Assembly: GCA_963693365.1 (NCBI GenBank)
Contig: CAVNZM010000004.1
Coordinates: 13,439,088 to 13,503,087 of the forward strand
Length of the DNA stretch: 64,000 nt
Source: Amoebidium appalachense
Taxonomy: Eukaryota; Protista; Ichthyosporea
Reading direction: 5' to 3'
Shown: positions 38,028-51,862 of the stretch, piece after piece
How positions within the stretch are numbered: position 1 is the stretch's first letter
How the letters are laid out: every line of letters begins with the position of its first letter
Notes under the pieces: generated by a model
The model's input: the letters and a program-made list of their open reading frames with translations, nothing else
Told to the model about the DNA's origin: nothing
Databases searched by the model: none
Translations under genes and position numbers: made by a program

Positions 38028-38869
38028 AAAGAACAACCAAAAAGCATGACCCGGGGGGGGAGGGGGGTTTTGAATGCGTCAAAAAGTACGAAGTACACAA
38101 GAACAAACGGATAACACGATGCAGAATGCAAGCCATACATAAAGAGTATGCATAATAAGCAGAGCCCATCCTCAGGGGGGGCCCACGTCATCCACAGTAC
38201 CCGAGTTTCGACCTATTCCCCTCGTTAACGAAACCCAACTCAGATACTGTTTCACTTGAACATGAGTAGGTCACCCGTCTTGATCAGAGACGAGCAGGGT
38301 TGCTTATGCAGGCAAGGGCAGTGGGAAAGGCCGGGGGTTAAAGTTGCAGCAGTAAGCAGAAGCAAGAAAAATATAGATAGGAACTCAGGAGACGGGGCTT
38401 CTAGGAAGCTCCCCCGTCGATACCTAAGTCGATACTTCCCTGGCTAACATACTACACCAGCTGAAAAGAATTAAGTCCCGAAGGCCACAGAATTCGTAAT
38501 CAGAGGGGAAAATATGAGATTTGACCCACGCCGCAGGGTAGTAACACGCTTACTAGGGCGGAACTTTATCGTCTTCGAACGGAAAGCTATGCCCCCGGAT
38601 GTCAGCCGGAAATATGGTATCACCCATTGCTTTGGGCTTGAAAAAAGCCAAACCGATAGTCCGAGTTATGTTACGCCGGCGGGTAACATGCCGCATGGGT
38701 TCCAAGGGAGCTGTCGCCAACAGAGCGGTGTGTGCATGCGTGCGCGTAACGCAATGTGTGAAGTGTGTCTATAGCTATGAAAGGGGGTATGCAGAAGTGG
38801 ACAGATGAAGTGTGTGGAGAGAAAAACAGTAAGAAGAAAAGTAGACACCGGTATGTGCAACCCCGCACA

Positions 38870-38904
<35 letters not shown>

Positions 38905-38965
38905 AATAAGCGAAGATTACAGGTAATCAACCAGAACAACAAATGACAAGCAAAACAACAGGCGC

Positions 38966-38998
<33 letters not shown>

Positions 38999-39003
38999 AG
39001 GAA

Positions 39004-39100
<97 letters not shown>

Positions 39101-39943
39101 GAGGAGAGGGAGAGAGGGAGAGAGAGAGAGAGAGAGAGGTGGGGGGGGGGGGGGGGGGGGGGAGGGGGAGGGGGAGGGGGAGGGGGGTCTTAGGGATGCT
39201 GCAGAATCGTCAGATATTAGACAAATCGTACCAATACGATCATTCTCTCATATATGTGAGAAGATTGTGACTAACGATGTGCAGATCTGGTTAAGACCTG
39301 TTGGGTGTGCAGAGAAAATGGGAGGGGAAGGAGGAGGGAAAGGGGGAGGGGGGGGGGGGAAGTAAGAGAGGGGAGGGAATGTTAGAGTGTCAGTAGTCTC
39401 AGGGGACCCTGCAGAGTCGTTAGATGTCAGACAAAAACGCACCAACGACCAAGTTCTCCGAGGGGAGAAATGCGTAAAACGTTCTGCAGAGTGGGTTAGA
39501 GACCTGCTGATGAGAAGAGTGTATACAGGGTTTGGCCAGGGGGGGGGGGGGGGGGGGGAAGGGGGGGGGAAAAAGAAGGTAGGAGGGGAAGGGGGGGGGG
39601 GGGGGGGGGTTTTGAATGCGTCAAAAAGTACGAAGTACACAAGAACAAACGGATAACACGATGCAGAATGCAAGCCATACATAAAGAGTATGCATAATAA
39701 GCAGAGCCCATCCTCAGGGGGGGCCCACGTCATCCACAGTACCCGAGTTTCGACCTATTCCCCTCGTTAACGAAACCCAACTCAGATACTGTTTCACTTG
39801 AACATGAGTAGGTCACCCGTCTTGATCAGAGACGAGCAGGGTTGCTTATGCAGGCAAGGGCAGTGGGAAAGGCCGGGGGTTAAAGTTGCAGCAGTAAGCA
39901 GAAGCAAGAAAAATGGGGGGGGGGGGGGGAGGAGAAGGGGGAA

Positions 39944-39975
<32 letters not shown>

Positions 39976-40004
39976 GAGGGAAGGGAGGGGGAGGGAGGGA
40001 GGGG

Positions 40005-40059
<55 letters not shown>

Positions 40060-41379
40060 CTGTGGTGGACAGATCAGAGACGAGACCTCCATTTCAAAAC
40101 TTACCAGGCAACCCAAAAAACCTAGCCGGCTGAGAAAGAAGAACGGCGGGGGAATTGTTTGGGAAAAGGAGCGGGGGGAGAGAGAGAGGGGGGGGGGGGG
40201 GGGGGGGGGGGAGGGGGGGAAGGGGGGGGAGAGGGGGGAGAGAGGGGGAGAGGGAGAGAGAGAGAGAGGGAGGGAGAGAACGAGAGAGAACGAAAGAGAG
40301 CGAGAGGGGGGGGAGGGGGGGGGGGGGGGGGGGACTACTGACACATACACTCCTGGGCTCCTGGGGAAACACCGTATGATATACACATGCCTACTCAACA
40401 ACACCACAAACATAAAAACGGCAAACCAAAAGAAGGTCGAAAGAGTGGGCGAGGAAGTAGCCGAAAGAGTCTTCATATCACATGCGTAATCACAAGCAAA
40501 CCACCACGGTAAAATAAAACCCAAACCCACACAAGGAGAAAAAAGCACACACCTGCGGTGTTGTCACAACCACGGCCCCATCCGGATTGTACGCCCGTAG
40601 GTTCTCCACCACAGAGATGTGTTCGTCAGACGTACCTGCACCACATGCTCCATATAAGGAAAGGCAATCACGCACAAACACCTTCCTAATTACCCTAGAG
40701 TGTTGAAGTAATGTGTGGTAAGTAAAAGCGTTTGAATTTATCATAAGATCAGTTTGTTGCTTTGCGTGTCTCCAGTTCCCTAAGCTCTATAGATTAATTT
40801 TGCATTCAATACATTGCGATACTACCACTATTGAACAGGCAAACACGACATACAAAAAGTTGTATATTCTGGGATTGATTATGGTAGGATATCTTTAAAG
40901 CTGGTGTAAGTTGGCTTTGAGCCTCATACATTCAACTTCCATGACCATATTTAGAAAGAGGGGAGTGCACTACAACCACATTCTGAAAGTGCTGCAACGG
41001 GCCAGCAAGTCAGTATACATGCCATGAGCTCCTGCCATGAGCTTTGCCCAGGTCTTACTATTCGCCAGCCCCCCCCCCCCCCCCCCCCTTTCTCCGGTTG
41101 CACATATATACACATGTATCCCACCACCACACACGCACAGACACAATAATAAAGTCCGAGGTATATAAAAAGGATCCCCCCCCCCCCCCCTTTTTTTTTG
41201 GGGGGGGGGGGGGGGGGGGGGGGGGGGAGAGGCACAATACGTAAGATCGTGTTTTCCCTTTCTTGCTCTGCTTCATCCTATTATCTTCTTGACTCTCCCT
41301 TGCCGATATGGCGCCAAGTTTTCTTCTGCCTCTTTGGGCCAAGAAAAGGAGTATGAGTGTTTGTGTTTGTGTGTGTCGA

Positions 41380-41419
<40 letters not shown>

Positions 41420-41644
41420 CTGGAGGTGTGTCGATAATAAGGAAGTCCAGATCTCCCCACACTACATCCGACAAGAACTGTTTGATCATTGCTGTAAGGG
41501 GAATAGCATGTGAGTCCACTTCTGTCCCCTTCCCTCCCTCCCCCCCCCCCCCCCCCCCCCCCCCCCTCCCCCCCTGTCTCTCCCCCCCCCCCCCCCCTCC
41601 ACCCCCCCCACACACACCTTTCCCTCCTCTCCCTCCCCCAAGAA

Positions 41645-41686
<42 letters not shown>

Positions 41687-41873
41687 TGGTGGTGGTGGGG
41701 TGGTGGTGGTGGTGGTGGTGGTGGTGGTGGTGGTGGTGGTGGTGGGGGAAGGGGGGGGGGGGGGGGGGGGGGGAGGATGAGCAAAGAAAGCTACACATAC
41801 ACAAAGGATTACAGGCATAAGAGTTTATAGCCCGAAATTGCTTTCGTACCTGAGTTCACTCCATGCTCTTCCA

Positions 41874-41948
<75 letters not shown>

Positions 41949-42615
41949 TGCCGCAAGCATATACGCTCCCAAAAGCATGAATGCACAGACACACGTACTT
42001 CCGACATGTCAGCAAAACAAGAAAACAGTGTACATGCTCAAGCCCACCAAATAACGGCAACACAAGTAAACACAAAAACGAACATGGTTGCACACAATCC
42101 ACACCTGCCGTGGCACCGTGCCGTTAGAAACAACGTTGGCCCGCACTTGAACCATTCCCAAATGCGGGGAAATCAAAGAGGGAAAAAAAACCAAAAAAAA
42201 AAAAAAAAACCTGTCTCTCTCCCTACCCTCTACACCAAACTAGTAACCCACCTGTCTTTTTTGGGCCTCGCCACACCACGGGATCTTTTGGGTTGCCCAG
42301 CAGAAAACCGATAGACATGAGTGCCAGACCTTGGTCTTTCGTGACATACACAGGCACCCATCTGAAAGGACCAAAATAAGTCACTTTGACACCAATAAAT
42401 CGGCGTAAGGATTCGACAATCGATTCCAAAATAGGATTAAATGACAGAGGGCACCATACGTGCCCGAACAACACGGACATCAAAGAAATAGGCTGCAAAA
42501 GGGCAGGACAATGGCTGGGCACAAAGCTCCTCCAGGGAAGGAGTGCATTGGGAAACAGAAACAGTGTGTACGTGTGTGTGTGTGTGTGTTTATGCCTTCA
42601 CCTTTTTCCACGTAC

Positions 42616-42659
<44 letters not shown>

Positions 42660-43675
42660 ACACACACTCATACTCGTACACACCCACACCCATCCTAATC
42701 TATCTCCCCCCTCCCCTCCCCCTCCCCCCCCCCCCCCCCCCCCCCCCCGCCGCTATCATCACACACCCCGCCATCACCACACACCATTTAACACCAAGCA
42801 CAAAAATAAACAAAAATAGAGCATATAACGCAAACCTTTACAGCCTAACCAGATTGTACAAAATAGGATCAACATACCCCAGGCTTTAGCCAATGCTATT
42901 TTCATACTTACCCTTCGTCACATTGGTGAATTGCTGACTCTTCCACACCGAACATTTTAGGAATACTTGGTCCACACAAGTCTATATCCAATATCCCAAC
43001 CTGCAAGTCCACCCACACATTGTGAGTAACTGCCCATAGTACAGGAGAAAAGTCGACACAAGCTTTACCTCCCTCATGTCCCCAATAAACACCTGCTTTC
43101 AGACTTTGAATGCTCAACAACCCCATCCCGAAGTAGTAATCGATGCATGAAAGGTTGAACAACGCAACATCACGCGATCACCTGTCGAAAACTTCAGCAC
43201 ATCAATCGATCAAATCGTTGCGTGCACAACTCCTCTTCATCCTTCTTTTCGATAAGGACAAGTGTGGCTTTGTCCGCAAAAGGCAACAACTGTGCAAGAC
43301 AAGGCAACCGAACCTCACCTTCTTGCCCGCATGCTTAAGGGCGATTGCAAGCTCTGTCGATACCGTACTCTTTCCCACGCCTCCCTTTCCAGAAAGAACA
43401 AGCACCACGTGCTTGACCCCCTTCAAGCCGTCCAGTTCCCCTGCACAAAAAAAAAAAAAACCTTTAAGATTTTTGAGCAAACCGAGTACCGGTTTCTCTG
43501 ACTATCCCCCCTCCTCCCCCCTTCCCTCCCCCCCTCCCTTCCCCTTCCCCAAGCCCGCCACCAGCTGCCAGGCACACAGTGTCGCCATCAAAACACCCTC
43601 GCCAACCTGTGCGACCACAAGCATCCCATGTGATGAAGAAAACCACAAAACAAGCACCGTACCTGAGCTTGCCAT
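36445..43675 (-). CDS. NUBP2: Cytosolic Fe-S cluster assembly factor NUBP2/Cfd1 (9 exons)
   Basis: Exons 43675-43663, 43440-43319, 43000-42912, 42361-42252, 41491-41420, 40635-40553, 37505-37395, 37104-37035 and 36584-36445. Motifs [46 protein letters not shown] and [12 protein letters not shown]. No N-terminal Cys cluster, so Cfd1 rather than Nbp35. Confidence 0.95.
38062..38934 (-). mobile_element. Repeat family B, ~870-bp apparently full-length non-coding element
   Basis: Near-identical reverse complement of 52460-53325, with the same 5' start (CTGGTTGATTACC) and 3' end (GACGCATTCAAAACCCCCC). In NUBP2 intron 6. Confidence 0.92.
39610..39914 (-). mobile_element. Repeat family B, 5'-truncated copy
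   Basis: Matches 38068-38372; flanked by G-runs on both sides. Confidence 0.9.
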
Positions 43676-44689
43676 GTCTGTGGTAGCAAATAAAAAAGAG
43701 GGAAAAGCAAAGGCTGTATGGCGTTAGAGATTTGCACGTTCACAACTAGCCAATCACCCTATAATACAAACTCCTGCTTCACACTTGCAACTTTGCAGGT
43801 TTGGCTCGGCATATGTGCTTCAGGGTGGAAAAGCAAACGTCATCAAGTTCAACATGGTGCAGGTTCAGCGAATCAGATGTCACACCTTACGTAAGATTGC
43901 GCAACACGAGGCTTGCAATGCGATGATTGGTCAACTCTGGAGCCGGGTGAATCCCTCAAGACTCCCCGCAAGGGGGGGCGTATCGTGTCGTAAAAACTTC
44001 GATCGAATTCGGAAACCCTATTTTGAAAAAGGATTCCTAAGTAAAGAACCAACCCTCTCCAAGCTCCCTAAGCAATCCTTTACCACTCTACCTGGAACGA
44101 ATAGCTTTTTTTCCTGGCAGGCAGGCCTGGCTCGTTTCCTAGACCTAGGTGGGGAGTACTGTGGCTGTTTATTGTCGACATCTTATGAATTGTGAAAGGT
44201 GCTGGCACCAAGAAAATTAGTGAGTTATTTCCATCTAGCAAGTGCGCATTCAGATAACGACGTTACAGGGCGTACATCGCATAATTATATGCAAATTTTA
44301 TAATGTGTTCTTTTCTAATAGACGAGAAAATAAATCCAGTCAAAAGAAAAGAAAAATCATGAAACACTGCTGCCCATTCTGCACATTGGAGTGTAGGAGG
44401 ATTGATCACAGTGGTGCGTGTGCCTGACTGTGTGCAAACAAACGGTGTACACGTGCACACGAAGACATGCCTGGCAGTGTGTGAACCTAATTAATATACA
44501 GCAGAGGACATTCTTAGAGAGATCTAATAGGCGTATAAGCGGGTCTATGCGCGTGTCATCTGAGTAGTTAGAAAGCTAGTTATAGAGCAGTTGAGCGACA
44601 TATGGTAATGAGAGCCAAGCATTTTGAAGTTGGTTCCGACAGGTGAAGCGACTCCACGAACGAGATACTTCGTTGTACGATCATAGAGA
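43676..44689. promoter_or_regulatory. Putative bidirectional promoter region between NUBP2 and NOP9
   Basis: Head-to-head start codons ~1 kb apart with microsatellite-free DNA between them. CCAAT (43750-43754), ATTGG (43926-43930) and adjacent bZIP-like palindromes CTTACGTAAG (43886-43895) and ATTGCGCAAC (43896-43905). Confidence 0.5.
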
Positions 44690-46799
44690 ATGGCGGAAGA
44701 AGGAGGAGGGGAGCAGGGAAAGCATCACTTCAAAAAGTAAGTGCATTCCAACGTCGTAGAACCCTCCGGCCATTTAATGTATAAGAGCTTCTTTTCCTCC
44801 ACGGCATAACCCCCCCCCCCCCCCCCCCCCCCTTCCTCTTCCCCCCCTCCCCCCTCCCCCCCTTCTCCGTCCCTCCCTCCCCTCCTCCCACCCCTCGTCC
44901 CCCCCCCCTCCCCCCCCACACACTCCTCTCCGTCCAATTATGATTCAACGAGGGTATCTCTCCCCCCCTCCCCCATTCCTCCCCCCTCTCTCCCCCACCA
45001 TCCCCTCCCCCCCCCCCCCCCCCCTCTCTCCTCTCTTCCCCCCCCCCCCCCCCCCCCCGGGGTTCCTCTTCTTTGGTGGTCGTGCAAACCTATTCCTTCG
45101 TCCGGCAACTGGAAAAGAAGCGGGAGGGGGGGGGGGGGGGGGGGGGAGGGCGTGAGGGAGGAGGGCCCCGAGGGGAGGAAGGGGGGAGGAGGGGGGGACA
45201 GAAGGGAGACGCGGAGAAGGTGGTGTTGGGGAGGGGGTGGGGGGAGGGGGGACTTCTGGTGTGCGATGACTAGGGAAGGGCCACAAAGGTACCTGCCACT
45301 TTCCCTTTTTAGGAAACGTTTATATACTGGAAAATCTGGCCGAACGTTAACCTTTTTTTCCTATGCAGCAAGAAGAAGAAGCTGCAAAAGAGAGCTAAGC
45401 TGGCAGCAAACGAGGAAACCAAGAAATCCAACGTCGACAAAGAAACACTGGAATATTTCCGTCACGTCAATGGGTTATTGGATGCAGACAATTTTGAGGA
45501 TGACGAAGAGAGAGAAATTTTCATGGACAACGTGTTTGCTCAGGCTGAGGGGGTAGAGCTGAAGCTGGCACAGGACCAAGGTGAATGTTGCACCACCACT
45601 TGGACATGATTGTTTTGGATTTGCCACGTTCTTTTACGGCACCACCCTCGCCTCAAGTGACTTTTACATATCCCCCCCGTTCGTTAGCTCGAAGAAACGT
45701 GGAGAAAGGGGGGTGGGAGGGTCAAGGATTTTTTCCCTTTCTCCGGGGTGAGGGTGGGGGCGGGGGGAGGGGGGGGGGGGGGGAGGGGGGAGGGAAGGGG
45801 GGAGAGAAGAGAGGGGGAGGGGAGGGAGAGGGGGAGCGAGGAAGGGGGGGGAATGGCACCGAGGGGAAAAAAGAGAGCGGAGCAAAGCGTGGAAGGGTGT
45901 TTAGGGCCTGGTAGTAGGCTATGACACACCGAAAGGCCGGGGTGCTTGGATAGGGGTGGTTCGCTGACGTGTATGTGTGTGTGTGCGCGTGTGGGGGGGG
46001 GGGGGGGGGGGGGGGGGTTAGGCTGTTGCCTGGATATAGCGGGTACGGAGAGCATACAGAAGGTAGAAGGTTTGTCCCCCGGGGGGGGGGGGGGGGGGGG
46101 GGATTAACAGTCTTTGAATCATTGGGGAGTTCACTGTAGGGAGGAGACGTGGGGGAGGACGGAGTGAGTAAGGGATTTGGAAGGGAAGTGATTATAACAC
46201 ATATAGATATCCAGTTACATGCACACACTTGTCTGCCTACACGAAGACACGGGGAAGCGACACCCACACCCTATTGGCATACACAACACACAACTGTAGT
46301 CATGAACCCCCAATGCTTCACCATACCACTTCTTCTATTTATTAACCCTTTTCCCTTTCCAGATTGCAGTGCTATTCTTGAGCGTCTTCTCCGGTCCAGC
46401 AACCACACACAGGTCCTTTGTTTTTTCCAGCGCCTGTCTGGGCGCTATGGAGCAATGGCCCCGGATAGGTTTGCCAGCCACGTGCTACAGACCATTCTGT
46501 CTCTCCTCCCGGCCATATTGGCCGCACAGGCTACCTCGGAGCAGGTGTGTGTACTGGGTGAAGGGGCAGGTATGAAGGTTGGTCACGCATGCACGTGCCT
46601 GAACACACATCTACACGTGCACAAACACACACACACACACACACACTCACTCACGGACAGGCAGGTAACGCCTCCTCTCCCTTCATAGCACACAGAACAT
46701 AACACACAGGTTATTTCCCCTTTCAATCCAAGCCCCCGCCTCCCCTCTCTCCCCCTCCCCCCCCTCCCAAAAAAAACATGGGCTTGCACACATGCACGT

Positions 46800-46849
<50 letters not shown>

Positions 46850-47141
46850 CGCGCACCAGCATGAGAGCACTTGTATCACATACACAACTGCCCCAATCCA
46901 AACTCCTAAATGCAGCAGTGACCATAAACTAATCTGAGGTGTGCCTCTAGGATGACGATTCCACATCTGCCGAGCAACTATTTCTGGCAATGTGCAATGA
47001 GCTGGTAACCCCCCCTCCCATCCTCCCCCATCCCCCATCCCCCCTCCCCCCGTGTTGGGTTCCCTCCTCTACTCTGTCTGCCAGGTTTTAATTCAGTCGC
47101 AACGATCCCCCTTGGCCCTCTCCTGCCCTTTACTGCGCTAC

Positions 47142-47208
<67 letters not shown>

Positions 47209-47444
47209 AAGGGAAAAAAAAAACAGCCCTTGCTGCAGGATCCCCACTCTCTCCTGTACCTTGAATATTTTTTGTTTGCCTTTAACCAAAAAGCATAATC
47301 GCATGAACATGTGCACATACTTTGAGAAGGGACCGTTTTCTTCATGTCCAGCACACCACTCCTCCTTTTCACCCCTCCCCCCACTGCGTATGCACATGTG
47401 CACCCAGACACACACCCACAACCCACTCACAAACACACACACAA

Positions 47445-47511
<67 letters not shown>

Positions 47512-47560
47512 GCACTCGCACTCGCACACGCACACACACGCACCACGCACACGCACACCC

Positions 47561-47635
<75 letters not shown>

Positions 47636-47735
47636 GCACACGCACACACACACACACGCACTACATACACACACACACACACGCACGCGCACGCGCACGC
47701 ACATGCACACGCACACACCACATACACACGCGCGC

Positions 47736-47820
<85 letters not shown>

Positions 47821-48583
47821 GGACGGGTGTTGGGTACAGCAAAGGGGTCTGAATGCACTGGGAGTAAGAGACGGTAGGGATTATGGTGAGAAGAGGCGCT
47901 GCTTCATGGCGTTGAAAGGGAGGCATCAGAGCCTAAAAGCCATACATAACTCTGCCGTTTGCCAACTTATGGACACACTTGGTTTTTGTCCCCGCTCATT
48001 CATTTTTTTATTCTTCATCCCCCCCCCCTCCCCCCTCCCCCCTCCCCCCCTCCCCCGCTCCACTTTCCCCCCAACACACACAAAAAAAAACCTGTGCAGT
48101 CACCAGAGTGGTACCGCCTTTCGGAGGACAGCTACGGCAGCCACATCGTGCGGGTGGTGGTGGGGCTGGCCAGTGGAGGGGGGCTGCCGTCTGATCTTGT
48201 GCGCAGCAAAAACAGCAGAGCATTCAGGATACGGGGGGAGGAGACAAAGGCCCCTACAGAGGAGGTGCGTGGATGTACTGTACCGTGGTTTATTTACTTG
48301 GAAGGGGGAGAGAGGGAAATGTGGGGTGGCAATGAGAGTGTTGTTAATAGGCAAAGAAGTGATGGGGGTAGCAGGGTTGATGGGGGGAGGATGGGGACTT
48401 AGAGGGCGCAGCGCACGGATGGGCGATGGGTTTGTGTTGGAGAATGTGTCAGATGGAGGACTGAGTTGGGTGTGCTTGTGTTCTTGGTGGAGTTGTCGAA
48501 TGGACTGTATCTGTTTACAGGTCTATATTTTACTGCTTACATGGATGGAGGTGAGCGCACAGGTACCCACAGTTGCACACATG

Positions 48584-48680
<97 letters not shown>

Positions 48681-48933
48681 AACGGATCGGCTGCTTGCTC
48701 GTGGGCGCATGCAACCTCTGCATGTAATCGCCCCCACTCATGGAATCATCCCGGGCAGGTGGAGCAAGAATACGATGCCCCGGCCTCCTTCCGGCCGCTT
48801 CTAGACCGCATCTGTGAGGCCATTATGGGCCGCAACTATATGATCAGCGAGCTGGGCAACCCGGCACTCAGGTGGGTGGGGGTGTGCTTGTGTGCATGGA
48901 GATATGGGTGGGGTGAGGTGGTGGTGTGTGTGT

Positions 48934-48994
<61 letters not shown>

Positions 48995-49536
48995 ATGTTG
49001 TATACCTGCACACATATCCGCTTGTAAACGCACCTACATTTGATGCAAGATGTCCATGTGTGTGCATTCGTGTTAAGTGTGCATGTGTGTGTTTGTGTGT
49101 GCGTGCTCTCGCACATGTGTGTGTGTGGGAGTTTTTTTTTTTTTTTTTTTTTTTGGGGGGGGGGGGGGAGGGGGGGGTAATGACGTGTGTGCCGCTATCG
49201 TAATGATGAAGTTACTTCCCTCACTATTGGCATACCTTGACATTCCATTCACATACCTTACATTCCATCATAGTGCCGTGGTGCAGTCGCTCCTAATGGC
49301 TCTCAGCAAGAAAAGAGCCAAGGCTTGTCGAAAGTTGGTAATGAAGCTGCTTAATCAGGTACTGGCCGCCAACACAATCCCCCTCTCCTTGTAGCTAGTT
49401 TTTCCTTCAATACCCCTCTCCCCCTTCCCCCCCCCCCCCCCCTGCCTCCCCGTCGCCCGTTCACATCAATTTATAGGCGGACACGCGCACAACATGCAGG
49501 CAGACATGTACACTCACATGCGTGCGCGCGCGCGCC

Positions 49537-49600
<64 letters not shown>

Positions 49601-49899
49601 ACGGTCTTTTACGTTGTACTGCTGGAGGAATCCCATCTCCCCGTTACAACACACAACCATTCGCCTCTCACCCACCCCACATCCGTGCACTTCGCCTTCT
49701 CCACTATAACCTCTTGGTAGTACATTGCCACATATTGTTTTGAGCCCCCCCCCCCCCCCCCTCCCCCCTTCTCTAAACAGAAGAGGAAAAGAGGGATTCA
49801 TGGATGTTACTTAATATAGGGGTTCTTCCGATAATTTGATCATTACCAGTGTTGCTTGTAGTGATTGTGCTTTATCAGTGCCTCACTACACACACACAC

Positions 49900-49937
<38 letters not shown>

Positions 49938-50029
49938 ATCGCCTCGCCCCCACACACACACGCACACACACGCACACACATTACACATACATGCACCTGC
50001 GCACACACCCTCACACTCACACACTCACA

Positions 50030-50090
<61 letters not shown>

Positions 50091-50849
50091 CTGACACCAC
50101 CATCATTCACAGCCGGATGTGAATGCCGCAGAACTTTCTACAATGGACGTTCAACACATAGAACAAAGACTAATCACGGACCCGGTAACATGCCCTCCCC
50201 CCCCCCCCCCCTCCCCCCTCCCCGCCCTCTTCCTCTTCCCCCCGCTCTCACAGCCCTACCTGCCTGCTACTCTCTGAGCCATTGAATACCCTATCTCCAC
50301 GCCCACCTCTAACCCCGCCTCTGTACCCCCCCAACCGCCATTGCTCTCCTGGCATGCGTGCTTGTATATGCACTCGTGTCCTGGCCACCGTAACTATTGT
50401 TTTTTCTTTCGCATTACCCTTGGTTGAAACCATATATCTTGCGATGGAAAGCCACATGAGTTGTTGCTTGTGCCAAAAAGCAGTTTGTGAGGAGCAGTGC
50501 ACCGGAAATAGAGTGTGGGTTTGATTTGTAATGGTAGTGTGTGCATGCGGGCAGGCAGGCAGGCCAGCGTGCATGTATGGTTGGGTGAAATCGTGTGTGC
50601 GTGTGTGCGTGCTTGCGTGCATGTGTGGAATCGGTCGTGCACAGGACATTCAAGTGAGCAAAGGGACGTGTTCCCTGCAGAACTCACAACCTACACATCT
50701 CCAATGAATTGGCTGGTGTAACTTCTGTTTTGCGATCAGGGATTGTGTTTCTGATCTGGTTGTGTTGCAGATTGGTAGTCGGTTGATGGAGGTGATTTTG
50801 AAAGTGGCCGATGTGGACATCTTGCACCGTTTGTATCGCGGTAGGTGCA

Positions 50850-50883
<34 letters not shown>

Positions 50884-51086
50884 GTGTGTATGGACGCACA
50901 TGGTCTCAACGGAAAAAGGGGGGGGGGGGGGGGGGGGGGGAGGGGGGGGGAGGGGGGGAGGGAAGGGGGAGGGGAGGGGAGGGTATTGGAGAAGATGTAG
51001 GGCTGAGTGGTTGTGCTCATGACGATGATGTGGTATGAGTGTGGTTGATTGGGTGGGAGGTGTCCGTGAGGGGTGTTTTTTTTTTT

Positions 51087-51117
<31 letters not shown>

Positions 51118-51292
51118 GGGGACGAGATGTTAGGTGTAGCCATGTTATACTCATATGGTATCGTGGCTATGGTGCAAGAGGGACTTCCTACTAACCCAAA
51201 CTTCCCACACAGAATGCTTCCGTGGCAAAATGGTTGAGTTCGGCAAGCATCCGGTGGCAAACTTTGTCGTCTCACATCTCTTGGCGTATGTA

Positions 51293-51338
<46 letters not shown>

Positions 51339-51695
51339 CTAAATTCCCCACCCCCCCCGCCCCTCCTCCCCCCCTCCCCCTGCTAGCATATGTGTTCGCA
51401 ATGTTTGCTACTCTGTATTAGTTTTCTTTGATCCTCTCTTCTCCAGGTGTTGTTCCTTCCAGTTAATGCTTTCCACACATATTCGATTCAATGCTATTCT
51501 TTCCTCATTGCCCCATCACCCTCTGGGTTCGGGTGTTTCAACACGGTAGAACACTTATGGGGCACAAATTCGGCCACACAAGTTGCACCCATCACCCCCG
51601 ACATGCTTGTAATCAATTATGTATAACTATACCATGCACACGCACGAAACGCATGCATGTGCACGTCTGCATACATTCTGGCACCAGTTCATATG

Positions 51696-51785
<90 letters not shown>

Positions 51786-51821
51786 TGCACGGCTGCATAT
51801 TTCTGGCACCAATTCACATGT

Positions 51822-51862
<41 letters not shown>

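Noticed and set aside
39915-40340. Novel purine-rich element
   Set aside because: Looks like a degraded continuation of family B embedded in A/G runs; probably low-quality consensus.
47261-48727. 488-aa ORF and the many HT/CV/poly-P/poly-G/ER ORFs in the track
   Set aside because: These are translations of (CA)n, (GA)n and homopolymer tracts in introns.
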